A stretch of DNA of 64,000 bases from Candidatus Babeliales bacterium (GCA_963762115.1 CAVXJH010000006.1:352001-416000), one strand, 5' to 3'; counted from the first letter of the stretch, positions 27,981-38,727 are shown. Program-made: numbers and translations. The notes: generated from the letters alone by a model not told the origin.

Positions 27981-30323
27981 TTAGTTTTTTATCAAAACAT
28001 GTTCAAGAACTTCTTCAGCGGTATTTACCCAAATAACATTAATATCCTGAGTAATATTCTCCAACCCAACAAGATCCTTTTTGTTCTTTAAAGGAAAAAT
28101 GACATTGAGAAGTTTGTTACGTTTTGCTGCTAATAGTTTCTCTTTAACGCCACCAATTGGCATAACATCTCCACGTAAATTAAGCTCTCCTGTCATAGCA
28201 TAGTTTGCATTTATTGGTTGGTGTGTCAAGGCTGATAGGATTGAAGTCAGCATAGTTACTCCTGCTGAAGGCCCATCTTTTGGTACACCGCCAGCGGGTA
28301 CATGAATGTGCAAATCATAGTGAGTGAACATTTTGTTTGGTATGCCAAACTCTTTTGCGTGAGAGCGAACATAGCTTAATGCTGCTTGAGCTGATTCTTG
28401 CATCACAGAACCTAATTGGCCGGTTAAGGTAAGTTTACCTTTGCCAGGCATAATCACGGCTTCAATTTTAATAATTTCACCGCCATAAGCAGTCCAAGCA
28501 AGACCGTTGGTGATACCAATTTGTGATTCTTCCAATACATAATCATCCATAAATTTGCGCGGTCCTAAATAAAGATCTAAATTATCTTTGGTAAAGGTGA
28601 TCATATTATTAGATTCAACAATTGATCGTGCAGCTTTGCAACACAATTTGCGAATGGTGCGTTCAAGTTGGCGAACACCAGCTTCTCGTGTGTAATTCAT
28701 AATTAAATCTTGGAGTACATCATCTGAGAAATTGATACTTGAAGATTCAAGGCCACAATCATTGACTGCTTTTCTGATTAAATGCAGTTTGCTTATGTGC
28801 AATTTTTCTTCTTGGGTGTAGCCTGAAAGTTGGATAATTTCCATACGATCACGGAGTGGTTCAGAAATGGTATCAAGATTATTTGCCGTTGCAATAAAAA
28901 TTACTTTTGAAAGATCAAAAGGAACTCCTAAATAATTATCATAAAAGGTTTTGTTTTGGTTTGGATCAAAAACTTCAAGCATTGCCGCTGAAGGATCACC
29001 ACGAAAATCTGCACCAATTTTATCAAGTTCATCAACAATGATGACAGGATTGCTTGAACCGACTTTGCGGAAACCTTGTATAAATCTTCCTGGTAAAGCA
29101 CCAACATAGGTTCTTCTATGCCCACGAATTTCTGCTTCATCTTTAACGCCACCAAGTGAAACGCGGAAATATTCGCGACCTAAACTTTTTGCAATTGATT
29201 TGCCAAGAGAAGTTTTGCCTGTTCCTGGAGGGCCAGCAAAACATAAGATTGGTGCATAGCCATCTTCTTTTAGGTTTTTGATAGAAATAAAATCAAGAAT
29301 TCTTTCTTTGATATCAGAAAGACCATGATGATCTTCATCAAGAATTGATTTTGCATGTTTTATTTCTAAGTTATCAACCGTTTCTTTGCCCCATGGTAAG
29401 GCGAGCATCCATTCAATATAATTTCTGGTGACAGCTGCTTCCATAGAATCTTGTGCTGTGCGTTCAAGGCGATTTATTTGGCGATGTAATTCAACTGATG
29501 CTTCTTCGCTTAAAACTAATTGTGTTGCTTTAGTGCGCATTGCTTCAATTTCTTCTAAATCATCTTCGCCAAGTTCTTTTTTGATTGCTTTTAGTTGTTC
29601 TCGTAAATAAAACTCTTTTTGAGACTTATTCATTGATTCACGAGCTCTATTTTTTATGCGTTCTTGTACTTCAGCAACTTCTAGCTCTCGTTGTAAAAAG
29701 AAATAAATGCCTTCAAGAAATTCTAAATTGGTTTTTTTTTCTAATAAAACCTGCGCATCTTCAACATTGAGATTAAGATGTGACAAAATAAAATCAGCAA
29801 TTTTTTGAGCATCATGCATTTTGGAAAGAATAATATGAAAATCAGGGCTAAATGATTGTCCTGAGTTGCTCATCTTCTCGGCTAATTCTTTTATATTTTT
29901 AATTTGAGCCGTTGTTTCAGGATCATTATTATTTGATTCTTGGTCAAATGCTTCAATGAGAACATTTAATGAATCATCACTGGTGAGAATTTCTTTAACA
30001 TTTGCTTTGCATAACCCTTGCACAAGTATTTTGATTCCTCCCTCAGGGATTTTAATAAGGCGCATGATCGAAGCAACAGTGCCAACAGAATAGAGATCTT
30101 TGGTGCCAATTGCGCCTTGATAATCATCAAGTTGTTTTTTGGCTGCAAGGAGCATAATAATTTTTGATCCTTCAACTGCTTCTTGGATTCCTTTGATGAT
30201 TCTTTCATCGAGTACCAGTAAAGGTACAATCATTTGTGGAAATACTACAACATCCATCGTTGGAATGACTGGGAGTATTTCCGGAATTTTTTCTTGGATG
30301 TTTTTGATTGATAATGTTTTCAT
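27981..30323 (-). CDS. lon: ATP-dependent Lon protease
   Basis: GPPGTGKT, GHRRTYVGALPG, PKDGPSAG, IGGVKEK. Confidence 0.97.
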   Translation of the reverse strand: MKTLSIKNIQEKIPEILPVIPTMDVVVFPQMIVPLLVLDERIIKGIQEAVEGSKIIMLLAAKKQLDDYQGAIGTKDLYSVGTVASIMRLIKIPEGGIKILVQGLCKANVKEILTSDDSLNVLIEAFDQESNNNDPETTAQIKNIKELAEKMSNSGQSFSPDFHIILSKMHDAQKIADFILSHLNLNVEDAQVLLEKKTNLEFLEGIYFFLQRELEVAEVQERIKNRARESMNKSQKEFYLREQLKAIKKELGEDDLEEIEAMRTKATQLVLSEEASVELHRQINRLERTAQDSMEAAVTRNYIEWMLALPWGKETVDNLEIKHAKSILDEDHHGLSDIKERILDFISIKNLKEDGYAPILCFAGPPGTGKTSLGKSIAKSLGREYFRVSLGGVKDEAEIRGHRRTYVGALPGRFIQGFRKVGSSNPVIIVDELDKIGADFRGDPSAAMLEVFDPNQNKTFYDNYLGVPFDLSKVIFIATANNLDTISEPLRDRMEIIQLSGYTQEEKLHISKLHLIRKAVNDCGLESSSINFSDDVLQDLIMNYTREAGVRQLERTIRKLCCKAARSIVESNNMITFTKDNLDLYLGPRKFMDDYVLEESQIGITNGLAWTAYGGEIIKIEAVIMPGKGKLTLTGQLGSVMQESAQAALSYVRSHAKEFGIPNKMFTHYDLHIHVPAGGVPKDGPSAGVTMLTSILSALTHQPINANYAMTGELNLRGDVMPIGGVKEKLLAAKRNKLLNVIFPLKNKKDLVGLENITQDINVIWVNTAEEVLEHVLIKN

Positions 30324-30532
30324 TAAGCTCCCCCTCTAATAAATATACTTGCAAACAAATATGTAGGCCCATGGTGTTTCCATATTCTTTGCTGTCCCTT
30401 ATGACTATTTTAATAGAGCATTATCAACAAAAACAAGAATTCACATTTCTATTGCCTTTTAAAGGGATCTCCATTATACCTTTAAGCCTGAAGAGAAAAT
30501 AAGATGATATTTTTTATAAATTAGGATGAATT

Positions 30533-30877
30533 ATGAAAGTAGGAAAATTAGCATTGCTTTTTTTGTTGGTGGTTATTCAAAATATAGTTTGTATGGATAA
30601 TTTTGTTCGACAAGCTCTTGCATTTAAAGAAAGTGGTGAACTTGAACAAGAATTATTAGATGCAAAATTTGATATGATGATGCATAAATTTGAAGAATAT
30701 CATAGAAAAATTACGAAACAATATTTAGATGAAGTAGTTGATACGATTGAAAAAGGGCTTTATACAAAAGAAAAATGGCAATCGGGAGAAATTGAATCTT
30801 TGTTTAGTGGACTTTTTAGTGCAAAATTTCCCGAGGAAACGGTGGAAGAAGCTATTGAACGTTTTGAACAAAGTTAA
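30533..30877 (+). CDS. Hypothetical secreted protein
   Basis: Signal peptide ...IVC|MD; acidic helical body. Confidence 0.65.
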   Translation: MKVGKLALLFLLVVIQNIVCMDNFVRQALAFKESGELEQELLDAKFDMMMHKFEEYHRKITKQYLDEVVDTIEKGLYTKEKWQSGEIESLFSGLFSAKFPEETVEEAIERFEQS

Positions 30878-30911
30878 AATATAATTAAAAAAATTATTAT
30901 TGAGGAGAATT

Positions 30912-31451
30912 ATGAAAATACATAACGTAAGTATATTTTTTATGATGAGTATTTTATTGCAAGCTCATTTAGCATTTTCGATGCATAGTGAAGAAATTGC
31001 TGAAAAAGAAAAGAAAAAAAGTGAACAAGAAACTCCAGAATATGTCGAAGAATATTCTTCACCGTTTATTAATGCTCTTGTAGGCGTTATAGCTGGGAAT
31101 TTTTATTTTAGACACAAAGAATCAGGCTTTGAGAGTATAATAGTTCAAGTAAATCCTCATGATGAATCAAATAAATTTAGTGTAATTGCACTTGACGCAT
31201 GGAAGCCAGCTAAAAATTATACTAAAAATACTGGGTTGTCAGAACATTTTCAAGCAACTCAAATAATAAGTATCCCTTTTGCAAAAATAGCACAACACAT
31301 GAATTTGCAAGGTGCTTCGGCTTCACATTTAAAAGTATATAGGAACAAAGATAGGGCGTTTTTTACCGTAAGAAGTGAAAAATATAATAAAGAGGCTATT
31401 GTTGCTGTTATAAGTCTTAATGACAAAAGTCCAAAAAAAGCTAATCTATAA
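30912..31451 (+). CDS. Hypothetical secreted protein
   Basis: GAGGAG RBS; signal peptide ...AFS|MH. Confidence 0.65.
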   Translation: MKIHNVSIFFMMSILLQAHLAFSMHSEEIAEKEKKKSEQETPEYVEEYSSPFINALVGVIAGNFYFRHKESGFESIIVQVNPHDESNKFSVIALDAWKPAKNYTKNTGLSEHFQATQIISIPFAKIAQHMNLQGASASHLKVYRNKDRAFFTVRSEKYNKEAIVAVISLNDKSPKKANL

Positions 31452-31496
31452 AACATGTTTTTAAATATATTTTATTAAAACGATAGTTATATTGTT

Positions 31497-32171
31497 GTGA
31501 ATAAAGCACAGATTTCTGTACACAATTTAAAAAAAACATTTATACAAGCCGGTAGCCCCGTTCATGTTTTGAATGGGGTTGATATTTTTTTTGAACAAGG
31601 GAAAAGCTACGGCATAACTGGTGCATCAGGTGCTGGTAAATCAACGTTGTTACATATTTTAGCCGGTCTTGAAAAACCAACTGATGGTCATGTTGCATAT
31701 AATAATGAACGACTTGATCATTTTTCCTCGATACAAAAAGAGCTCTTTTTTAATCAACATATCGGCCTTGTCTTTCAATCACCATTTTTAATTCATGAAC
31801 TTTCTGTGCTTGAAAATGTTATGATTAAAGGCATAATTGCAAAAAAATCTCAAGCGCTTGTTCAAGAAGAAGCAGTTGCTTTACTTGAGCGTGTAGGCAT
31901 TGCCGATAAAGCGCGTGTATTGCCTGGTACCTTGTCTGGTGGTCAACAACAACGAGTTGCTTTAGCACGTGCGTTAATGAATAAACCAACTTTTTTATTA
32001 GCAGATGAACCCACTGGCAACTTAGATGCAAAAACAGCGGCAATGATTATTGATCTTGTGCTTGCGTATCAAGAAGAGTATGCTATGGGTCTGATTATTA
32101 GTTCGCATGATGCTGCAATTAAGGCTCGTATGAATAGTATAATTACCGTAAAAGATGGTCTTTTTGTTTGA
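31497..32171 (+). CDS. ABC transporter ATP-binding protein, LolD-like
   Basis: GASGAGKST, LSGGQQQRVA, LADEPTGNLD. Confidence 0.9.
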   Translation: MNKAQISVHNLKKTFIQAGSPVHVLNGVDIFFEQGKSYGITGASGAGKSTLLHILAGLEKPTDGHVAYNNERLDHFSSIQKELFFNQHIGLVFQSPFLIHELSVLENVMIKGIIAKKSQALVQEEAVALLERVGIADKARVLPGTLSGGQQQRVALARALMNKPTFLLADEPTGNLDAKTAAMIIDLVLAYQEEYAMGLIISSHDAAIKARMNSIITVKDGLFV

Positions 32172-32190
32172 ATCAAGAACAAGGATATTC

Positions 32191-33873
32191 ATGCATACCA
32201 AACAAGCAACAGTTGCCTTTGATAAAAAAGGTGTCGTAAGAAAAACAATTCAAGTTGGCAGTTCAACTCTTTTGAGCAGATTAACAGGGCTGGTTCGAGA
32301 AATTTTATTGGTAAAATTTTTGGGTGCAGGGGCGCTTTCCGATGCCTTTTTTACTGCCTATAAAATTCCAAACTCGCTGCGAAAAATATTTGCTGAAGGG
32401 GCACTAAGTTCAGCATTAGTGCCAACGCTTGTTGGTCTTATTAAAAAAGAGCGAAGAGATCTTGTCAGTTCGTTAATGTCCCTTACATTTTTAGTATTTG
32501 AAAGTATTTTGGTTGCTTTATGTTTATTTATTTTTTGGAACGCAGAACTTGTGGTTCGTTGTTTGGCTCCTGGTTGGTATTTAGAAATTGTAACAGAGCG
32601 ACTTCATTCAGCAGTGCCACTTATTGGATGGATTTTTGAATATTTATTTCCTGCGTGCTATGTTCCTGGGCCTAATCCAGAAATTGCGCAGTATGCAATT
32701 AATTATTTGAAGTTGCTTTTCCCGGTGATTTTATTTTTTTCAAGTGGCGCTATTTTGGCAGGTGCATTACAATCAGTGCACCATTTTTTTATTCCAGCAA
32801 TTGCTCCCGTTTTATTTAATATTGTGTATATTACAGGGCTTTTAAGCTGTTTGCGTTTTGGTCTGTCAGTTAATGCTCTTTGCTATTGTTTGTTGATAGC
32901 AAGTTTATTTCAATTTTTATTGCATATTTATATGTATTTTAAACTTAACTTTAGTTTTGCAAGAATTGATCAAGAAACACGAAATCATTTTAGAGAATTA
33001 TTAATAAAGTTTGTGCCATTTTTATTTAGTATGAGCATTATGGAAGTTAATTTGGCAATTATCACCACCGTTGCAACGTATTTGCCGCATGGTTCAATTT
33101 CATTTTTAAATTATGCAAATAGATTTATGGGTATTCCTTTGGGTGTTTTTGCAACAGCATTTTCCACCATTTTGTTGCCTTATTTCTCTCGAGTAAGCAC
33201 GTATGCACCAAAACGATTAAGTGTATATTTATTAGAAGCGGCAAAGGTTGTTTTTTGGATTACCATGCCTGCTATGATTATGATGATGTTGTTATCGGAG
33301 AAAATTTTTCATACCTTATTTTTATCAGAGAAGTTTACGGTTGCCCATGTAGCAAAAGCAAGTGATGTTTTGGTTGCATTTTTGGCTGGTTTATTTTTCT
33401 TTTCTTTGTATAAAATTATTTTGAATCTTTTTTATTCATTAAAGGGTTCAACGTCTTCAATTATTATTGTTTCATTGTCGGCGATCGTTGCTAACTATAC
33501 TTTTGGTAAACTCTTAATGCCTTTTTGTGGTGCCGTTGGTTTGGCGTTAGCTATGGTTCTCTCATGTGTTATTCAAATTGTTTTGTTGCTTTGGTTTTTG
33601 CATAAACATTTCGATATTAAAATATATATGAAGCCGTTCCTGTTATTTATGATTGCTGCAGGTAAACAAATGAGTGTATTAATACCGTTATTTGTGCTTG
33701 TCTATCAAGTTGGCATTGTTTTGATTGGATTTTCTTGCCCATCATATATAAGTCATTTTTTGCTCTACAAAGTTGGTTTTTGGTTGTGGGCAGGCCCTTT
33801 ATGTGTTTTTATTGCGTATCTTTTTTATCGCACCCGAAAAATGTTTGCTCTTAATTTGTATTTCTTAGATTAA
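32191..33873 (+). CDS. murJ: Lipid II flippase MurJ
   Basis: SRLTGLVRE, DAFFTAYKIPNSLRKIFAEGAL, many TM segments. Confidence 0.93.
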   Translation: MHTKQATVAFDKKGVVRKTIQVGSSTLLSRLTGLVREILLVKFLGAGALSDAFFTAYKIPNSLRKIFAEGALSSALVPTLVGLIKKERRDLVSSLMSLTFLVFESILVALCLFIFWNAELVVRCLAPGWYLEIVTERLHSAVPLIGWIFEYLFPACYVPGPNPEIAQYAINYLKLLFPVILFFSSGAILAGALQSVHHFFIPAIAPVLFNIVYITGLLSCLRFGLSVNALCYCLLIASLFQFLLHIYMYFKLNFSFARIDQETRNHFRELLIKFVPFLFSMSIMEVNLAIITTVATYLPHGSISFLNYANRFMGIPLGVFATAFSTILLPYFSRVSTYAPKRLSVYLLEAAKVVFWITMPAMIMMMLLSEKIFHTLFLSEKFTVAHVAKASDVLVAFLAGLFFFSLYKIILNLFYSLKGSTSSIIIVSLSAIVANYTFGKLLMPFCGAVGLALAMVLSCVIQIVLLLWFLHKHFDIKIYMKPFLLFMIAAGKQMSVLIPLFVLVYQVGIVLIGFSCPSYISHFLLYKVGFWLWAGPLCVFIAYLFYRTRKMFALNLYFLD

Positions 33874-33885
33874 TTGAGTTTTTTT

Positions 33886-34317
33886 ATGAAAAGAGAATTT
33901 TCTGCTGGGGTTGTTGTCTATCATCAAACACCGCAGCATCGTTATTATTTGCTGTTACAATATGGGGCGGGTCATTGGGATTTCCCTAAAGGACATATTG
34001 AAAAAGGTGAGAATAAGCAAGAAGCAGCATTGCGAGAATTGAAAGAAGAAGCAGGTCTTGAATTAACGTTGCAAGAAGGTTTTGAGCATTCATTTTCTTA
34101 TTTTTTTAAAAATCCTAAAACGCATGAATTAATACTCAAAGAAGTGTATTTTTTTATTGCTTCAAGTCCCCACAAAAAAGTTACTTTGTCATTTGAGCAT
34201 ACTGATTTTGCCTGGCTGCCGTTTGATAAGGCTCTTGAGCAGCTTACCTATAAAAATGCACAGGAGTTGCTTACGGCAGTCGATGCTTGGTTAAGTAACA
34301 TGAAAAGTAAAAATTAG
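33886..34317 (+). CDS. Nudix hydrolase, Ap4A hydrolase-like
   Basis: HWDFPKGHIEKGE...AALRELKEEAG Nudix box; LSFEH. Confidence 0.9.
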   Translation: MKREFSAGVVVYHQTPQHRYYLLLQYGAGHWDFPKGHIEKGENKQEAALRELKEEAGLELTLQEGFEHSFSYFFKNPKTHELILKEVYFFIASSPHKKVTLSFEHTDFAWLPFDKALEQLTYKNAQELLTAVDAWLSNMKSKN

Positions 34318-34348
34318 TATTTTGCATAAAAATAAGAAAAACAGAGGT

Positions 34349-34473
34349 GTCTTCCCGAGGCACATTGTGCCGTGGGGATCCAGATTATAAAATTCTTTTG
34401 ATTTTTTTATTAGAACATTATTATCTGGGTTGCCACACCTACTCAGTTAAAAACTTCGTAGGTTCGCAATGAC
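34349..34473. repeat. Inverted doublet of REP/RPE-like palindromes
   Basis: GTCTTCCCGAG...CGTGGGGATCCAG at 34349-34383 and reverse-oriented GTCATTGCGA...GTGGCAACCCAG at 34425-34473. Confidence 0.8.
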
Positions 34474-34671
34474 AATTCGATGATATTGTCAGTTATATTT
34501 GATTATTAAGTTTTACGGGTTTTTAATTGACTGGCCTCTGATAATTCTTGAAAAAACAATTAATTACCCTATAATTATAATAATTGAAAAATTTATTTAA
34601 ATATAATTTCCTCAATTTAACTATATAAAATTTCTATTAATCATAAAAAATCTTATTTCGATTGATATATC

Positions 34672-35484
34672 ATGAAAATAAGTCGCAACTCGCTTATACT
34701 ATTTATTCTGATCATATTTAGCGGTCTTTTTTTTGCACGTGAAAATATACGCATGTTTCTTGATGGGTATGCGGTAAAACTGGCCCAAGATCGTTTTGGT
34801 TCACAATCACTTGCGCCTGAACAAGAAGAAAAAATAAGGCACATTGCCCAGGAAATGAATATATTTGAACCGATTATTATTCGCAAAATGAACCATCAAG
34901 CGCTTTGCACAATGGGCTATTATAATGCATTTGCCTACTTTCCACAGTTTTTAAACTGTATTCCTCTCAGCAATCAGCCATTTTTGTTTTTCAGCGAGGG
35001 TTTTTTCCAAGATTTATCGCCTGAGGAGCAGCGGTTTTTAATTGGCCACGAATTAACGCATATCAAAGAGCATCACTTTCAATATCTAAATCTTATGTGG
35101 CTTTTTGTTGTCATTTCGTTGCTTTTAATGGTGTGGTGGTTAAAAAGAAATTGGATGACCCATATTGTTTGCAGTCTCGTCCCTCTTAACTATCAACCCT
35201 ATGCAATAGTAGGATGTGCTTCTTTATTGGTTTATATGAGTTTATTAATTCCTAATTTGTGTAGCATGGCCTATAGAAGACACAGTGAATGGGTCGCCGA
35301 TGAAACATCTCTGAATGTGCTTAATTCTCATGATGGAGCTCTTAAGCTTTTTGAAAAATGGCAAAAAGATTTTAAAATGCCTGATTATTATCCTTATTAT
35401 GGATTGCTTGCAACTCATCCTGATCTTAAAGAACGAAAAATATATTGTTTAAATCTCAAAAACAAGTCGGAAGAAATTTTATGA
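34672..35484 (+). CDS. M48-family membrane zinc metallopeptidase
   Basis: YNAFA, IGHELTH, EWVAD, ATHP..ER. Confidence 0.88.
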   Translation: MKISRNSLILFILIIFSGLFFARENIRMFLDGYAVKLAQDRFGSQSLAPEQEEKIRHIAQEMNIFEPIIIRKMNHQALCTMGYYNAFAYFPQFLNCIPLSNQPFLFFSEGFFQDLSPEEQRFLIGHELTHIKEHHFQYLNLMWLFVVISLLLMVWWLKRNWMTHIVCSLVPLNYQPYAIVGCASLLVYMSLLIPNLCSMAYRRHSEWVADETSLNVLNSHDGALKLFEKWQKDFKMPDYYPYYGLLATHPDLKERKIYCLNLKNKSEEIL

Positions 35485-36227
35485 AAACAATGAAACTTAT
35501 CGTAATGTGCGGAACATTTTGCCTTACTGTGTTGAGCAGCGTTCAAGCGAAAATGGTGGAACATCCAGAAAATGCCTATTCGGTACAAGCTTCACAAGAT
35601 TTAGTAGCCCTTGCGCAAAAAGCGGCAACTATCGTTGATTTTGATACTTATTATGAAATTGGAATGCCTACAAAGGCGGGTATTGCAATAAATCCTTTAA
35701 GCAATTTTGTGGTATATGGAATCAATCCACTTACGAAAAATCCTTTTATAATAGCTAACCCTGAATGGCTTGCCAAAATGCCTGAAGAACAACAACTTTT
35801 TTTCTTTGCGCGTAATTTTTTAACATTTAAGGAAGGAAAACCTCTTTTGATGAAGGTTGTTCCCTACTTATATATTCTTTTTTCTATTTTATTGTCGATT
35901 TTTCTATTCTTTGCATTAGGAAAAACACCATTAAAAAATCAGAGGATCTGGGTACGTGTGCTATTAGTTATTGCTCTTATGATGGCTTCTGAATTATTAA
36001 TCACCGACAGATTAGAAGCGGCAATGTTGCGTTATTTAGGTAAACGTTTTGACATCAACATACTTGAATTAGTAGTGCAAAAAACAAAAGATAGAGATGC
36101 CGCAGTAAAAGCTTTGGAATTTTATGACTCTTCAATACAAGATGAAGCGCATAATGATGAAAAGTTCTGGGCACCATATAAAAATTTGTTTGCAGAATAT
36201 GCACAGGAATTAAAAAAGAATAGCTAA
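35481..36227 (+). CDS. M48-like membrane protein lacking HExxH
   Basis: Same layout as the upstream gene (PF....EEQ.F...), HELTH replaced by RNFLT; ATGA coupling. Confidence 0.65.
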   Translation: MKTMKLIVMCGTFCLTVLSSVQAKMVEHPENAYSVQASQDLVALAQKAATIVDFDTYYEIGMPTKAGIAINPLSNFVVYGINPLTKNPFIIANPEWLAKMPEEQQLFFFARNFLTFKEGKPLLMKVVPYLYILFSILLSIFLFFALGKTPLKNQRIWVRVLLVIALMMASELLITDRLEAAMLRYLGKRFDINILELVVQKTKDRDAAVKALEFYDSSIQDEAHNDEKFWAPYKNLFAEYAQELKKNS

Positions 36228-36244
36228 TTTTTTGTGTAAAAAGC

Positions 36245-36289
36245 TAACTCCCTGCTTTATAAAATTATTATAGAGCGGGGAGTTTTTTT
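36245..36289. terminator. Terminator hairpin between convergent genes
   Basis: AACTCCCTGCTTTATAA...TTATAGAGCGGGGAGTT followed by a T run. Confidence 0.7.
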
Positions 36290-36304
36290 ATGTAGGTTGT
36301 TGTT

Positions 36305-36616
36305 TTATCCGGCTTTATTGCTTGCAACAATAATTTGTTGAATATCTGATAGCAAGCAAATGCCGCCATATTTTTCTAATTCACTTCGAATAACGCTGAC
36401 CAAATTTTCTGTTTTGTCAGGTTCGCAAATAATCATAATATAACTATTGGCCGAAACGTCGGTGAAATCTTGAGCATCATGAATGCCATGCAATCCTCTG
36501 CCAGCTATGCCGTTAATAATGGTATAACCAGGAAGTGAGAGTGCTTCAAAAGCATCTAAAACATAGGGAAGATAAATCGATTCGATAATGATCTCTATTT
36601 TTTTTGCATTTTTCAT
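36305..36616 (-). CDS. sbtB: P-II-like regulator, SbtB-type
   Basis: KKIEIIIE, GYTII..IAGRG..G, GGICLLSD; directly downstream of the SbtA-like gene. Confidence 0.78.
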   Translation of the reverse strand: MKNAKKIEIIIESIYLPYVLDAFEALSLPGYTIINGIAGRGLHGIHDAQDFTDVSANSYIMIICEPDKTENLVSVIRSELEKYGGICLLSDIQQIIVASNKAG

Positions 36617-36619
36617 TCT

Positions 36620-37588
36620 TTATATCCAAAAATAACGAATAATAAACATATATAAGGGTAACCCAATTATGATATTAAAAGGAAAGGTTATTGCCAATGC
36701 CATAGGAATATACAGACCGGGATTTGCTTGGGGAATTGAAATTCTCATAGCAGCAGGTACGGCAATATGTGAAGCGCTTGCGGTGATTGCGCTCAAGAGG
36801 AGACTGTTGCCGATTGAAAGATTTAAAAAGTATGCAACTACTATGCCCAATAATCCATTGATTAAAGGAATGCCGATTGCAAAAGGAATCAAAAAAGTAG
36901 CGGATTTTTTTAAATCCTGTAATCGTTTAGCTGCTAAAATGCCAATATCAAGCATAAAGAAAGTGAGTATTCCTTTAAAAATATCATGGGTAAATGGCTT
37001 GAGTGCAAGATAACCTTGATGGCCAGAAATAAAGCCAATTAATAAACTGCCAAGGATCAAAAAAACAGAACTATTTAAAAATGCCTCATGAAGAATTGAA
37101 AAATTTTTCACCGTAGGATTTTTTTGAGGGGCAAATTTTTTCGCCAAATAAAGCCCAAGAATAATCGGTGGTGATTCAACTAATGCCAATGCTGCAACCA
37201 TGAAGCCATCAAATTGATAGCCGAGCAACTGTAAAAAATTTGTGGCTGATATAAAGGTGACTGCTCCAACAGATCCATAGGTTGCTGCAATGGCAGCAGA
37301 ATCATACACATTCAATCGTGTGCGGAGCAAAAAGAAGGTATAAAGAGGAATTATGCATGATAAAAGTGTAGCAGCACATAAAGGAATAATGGCTGCAATA
37401 GTGATGCCAGCATGATGCAACTCTACTCCTCCTTGAAAGCCGAGTGCAAACAAAAGATACAATGAAAAAAAGCGTGCTATCGGGTTTGGTATCACTAAAT
37501 CAACATGCAATAAACAAGCACATGCGCCAAGAAGAAAAAAGAGAATTGGTGGACTAATGAGATTGAGAAAAATAAATGATAAATCCAT
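36620..37588 (-). CDS. sbtA: Sodium-dependent bicarbonate transport family permease, SbtA-like
   Basis: SPPILFFLLG, AATYGSVGAVTF, ESPPII, ASASHIAVPAAMR, TFPFNIIIGLPLY. Confidence 0.85.
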   Translation of the reverse strand: MDLSFIFLNLISPPILFFLLGACACLLHVDLVIPNPIARFFSLYLLFALGFQGGVELHHAGITIAAIIPLCAATLLSCIIPLYTFFLLRTRLNVYDSAAIAATYGSVGAVTFISATNFLQLLGYQFDGFMVAALALVESPPIILGLYLAKKFAPQKNPTVKNFSILHEAFLNSSVFLILGSLLIGFISGHQGYLALKPFTHDIFKGILTFFMLDIGILAAKRLQDLKKSATFLIPFAIGIPLINGLLGIVVAYFLNLSIGNSLLLSAITASASHIAVPAAMRISIPQANPGLYIPMALAITFPFNIIIGLPLYMFIIRYFWI

Positions 37589-37776
37589 ATTTTTGTTTCC
37601 GTTTAAAATATCAACAATAATAAATACTGATTGTAGTTTAACGAATTTTGACTGTTTATTCTATTGAACTTGGCTATGTATTCAGGAACTTTCTTGCTGA
37701 ATTTTTTTATATAAAGTATTTTTGTATAAGAAAGTTGCTCATTATTAATAAGTTATTCACTTTGAGGAGAAATAAT

Positions 37777-38718
37777 ATGAATTGTATGCATTTTATTTTG
37801 TTATTTTTTGCTTTCATGCAGATGGTTAGCGTGCATGCTATGGAAGTTGCATCATTAGAAACTCGTAAGTTGCTTATGCAAGAACCTGACATTGCAAAAG
37901 CAGCTAGCATTTTTGGCGATGTGGGAATTATTGCTGCTCAAGATTTTTTGATTCATGATACAAAATTTAAAGAAAGAAAAGATGAAGGATTAACGTTGTT
38001 GGGGCAACTTTTTGATGTTGCGAGTAATTATGATGTTCTTGTTGATATGACAAATTGTGTTATGACGGAACATGTCAATTATTTACCTTATATTTATGGT
38101 GATAAGACATATGATGAATTTGAAGGTGATATTAAAAATAATTACAACAAGCTTTTTAAATTTGCAAAGCAAAAAAAACATGATGATGTTAAAGCGCAAG
38201 CACTTTTTGCTGATGCTCTTTATACTATGGAAAATACAAGGGTTATGAGAGAAGGTATAAAGAGAGTATTATTAGAAACAAGGGTAGTTGAAATATTAAG
38301 AGGCTATCAAAACAAAATTAATGAATGTGTATGGCGTGCTACTCAAAAAACAAATCTTGAAGCGGTAGAAATACTATCGCAAGAATATAAACGTTGTATA
38401 AAAAATTGTCATTTTGAAGATGCAAAAATAGATGCTCAAAAAAACTATATTAAAATGTGTTATGACTTTTCTTATTGTGCTTGGTTGCAAAATTCTCATG
38501 ATATAGCATTGAAATATGGCAAAGAAGCTTCAGATAAAGCATTGGAATGGGGTCAAAATGAGCCCATTTCGCAAAAAATATTGATTAATTGGCACAGTAC
38601 CCTTTCTGGTAAAAAGCATAAAGAATTTTCAGCAAGACCAGCAAAAACATCCTTCAGGAAAAGAAAACTTCCACGGCCAAAGCCATTTGAAAAAAAACAA
38701 AAGATGTTTACTGAATAA
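37777..38718 (+). CDS. Secreted helical-repeat (Sel1-like) protein with basic C-terminal tail
   Basis: VHA|ME signal; AQ..(F/Y)..(L/C)Y helices; FRKRKLPRPKPFEKKQK tail. Confidence 0.65.
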   Translation: MNCMHFILLFFAFMQMVSVHAMEVASLETRKLLMQEPDIAKAASIFGDVGIIAAQDFLIHDTKFKERKDEGLTLLGQLFDVASNYDVLVDMTNCVMTEHVNYLPYIYGDKTYDEFEGDIKNNYNKLFKFAKQKKHDDVKAQALFADALYTMENTRVMREGIKRVLLETRVVEILRGYQNKINECVWRATQKTNLEAVEILSQEYKRCIKNCHFEDAKIDAQKNYIKMCYDFSYCAWLQNSHDIALKYGKEASDKALEWGQNEPISQKILINWHSTLSGKKHKEFSARPAKTSFRKRKLPRPKPFEKKQKMFTE

Positions 38719-38727
38719 TGTTATCTA

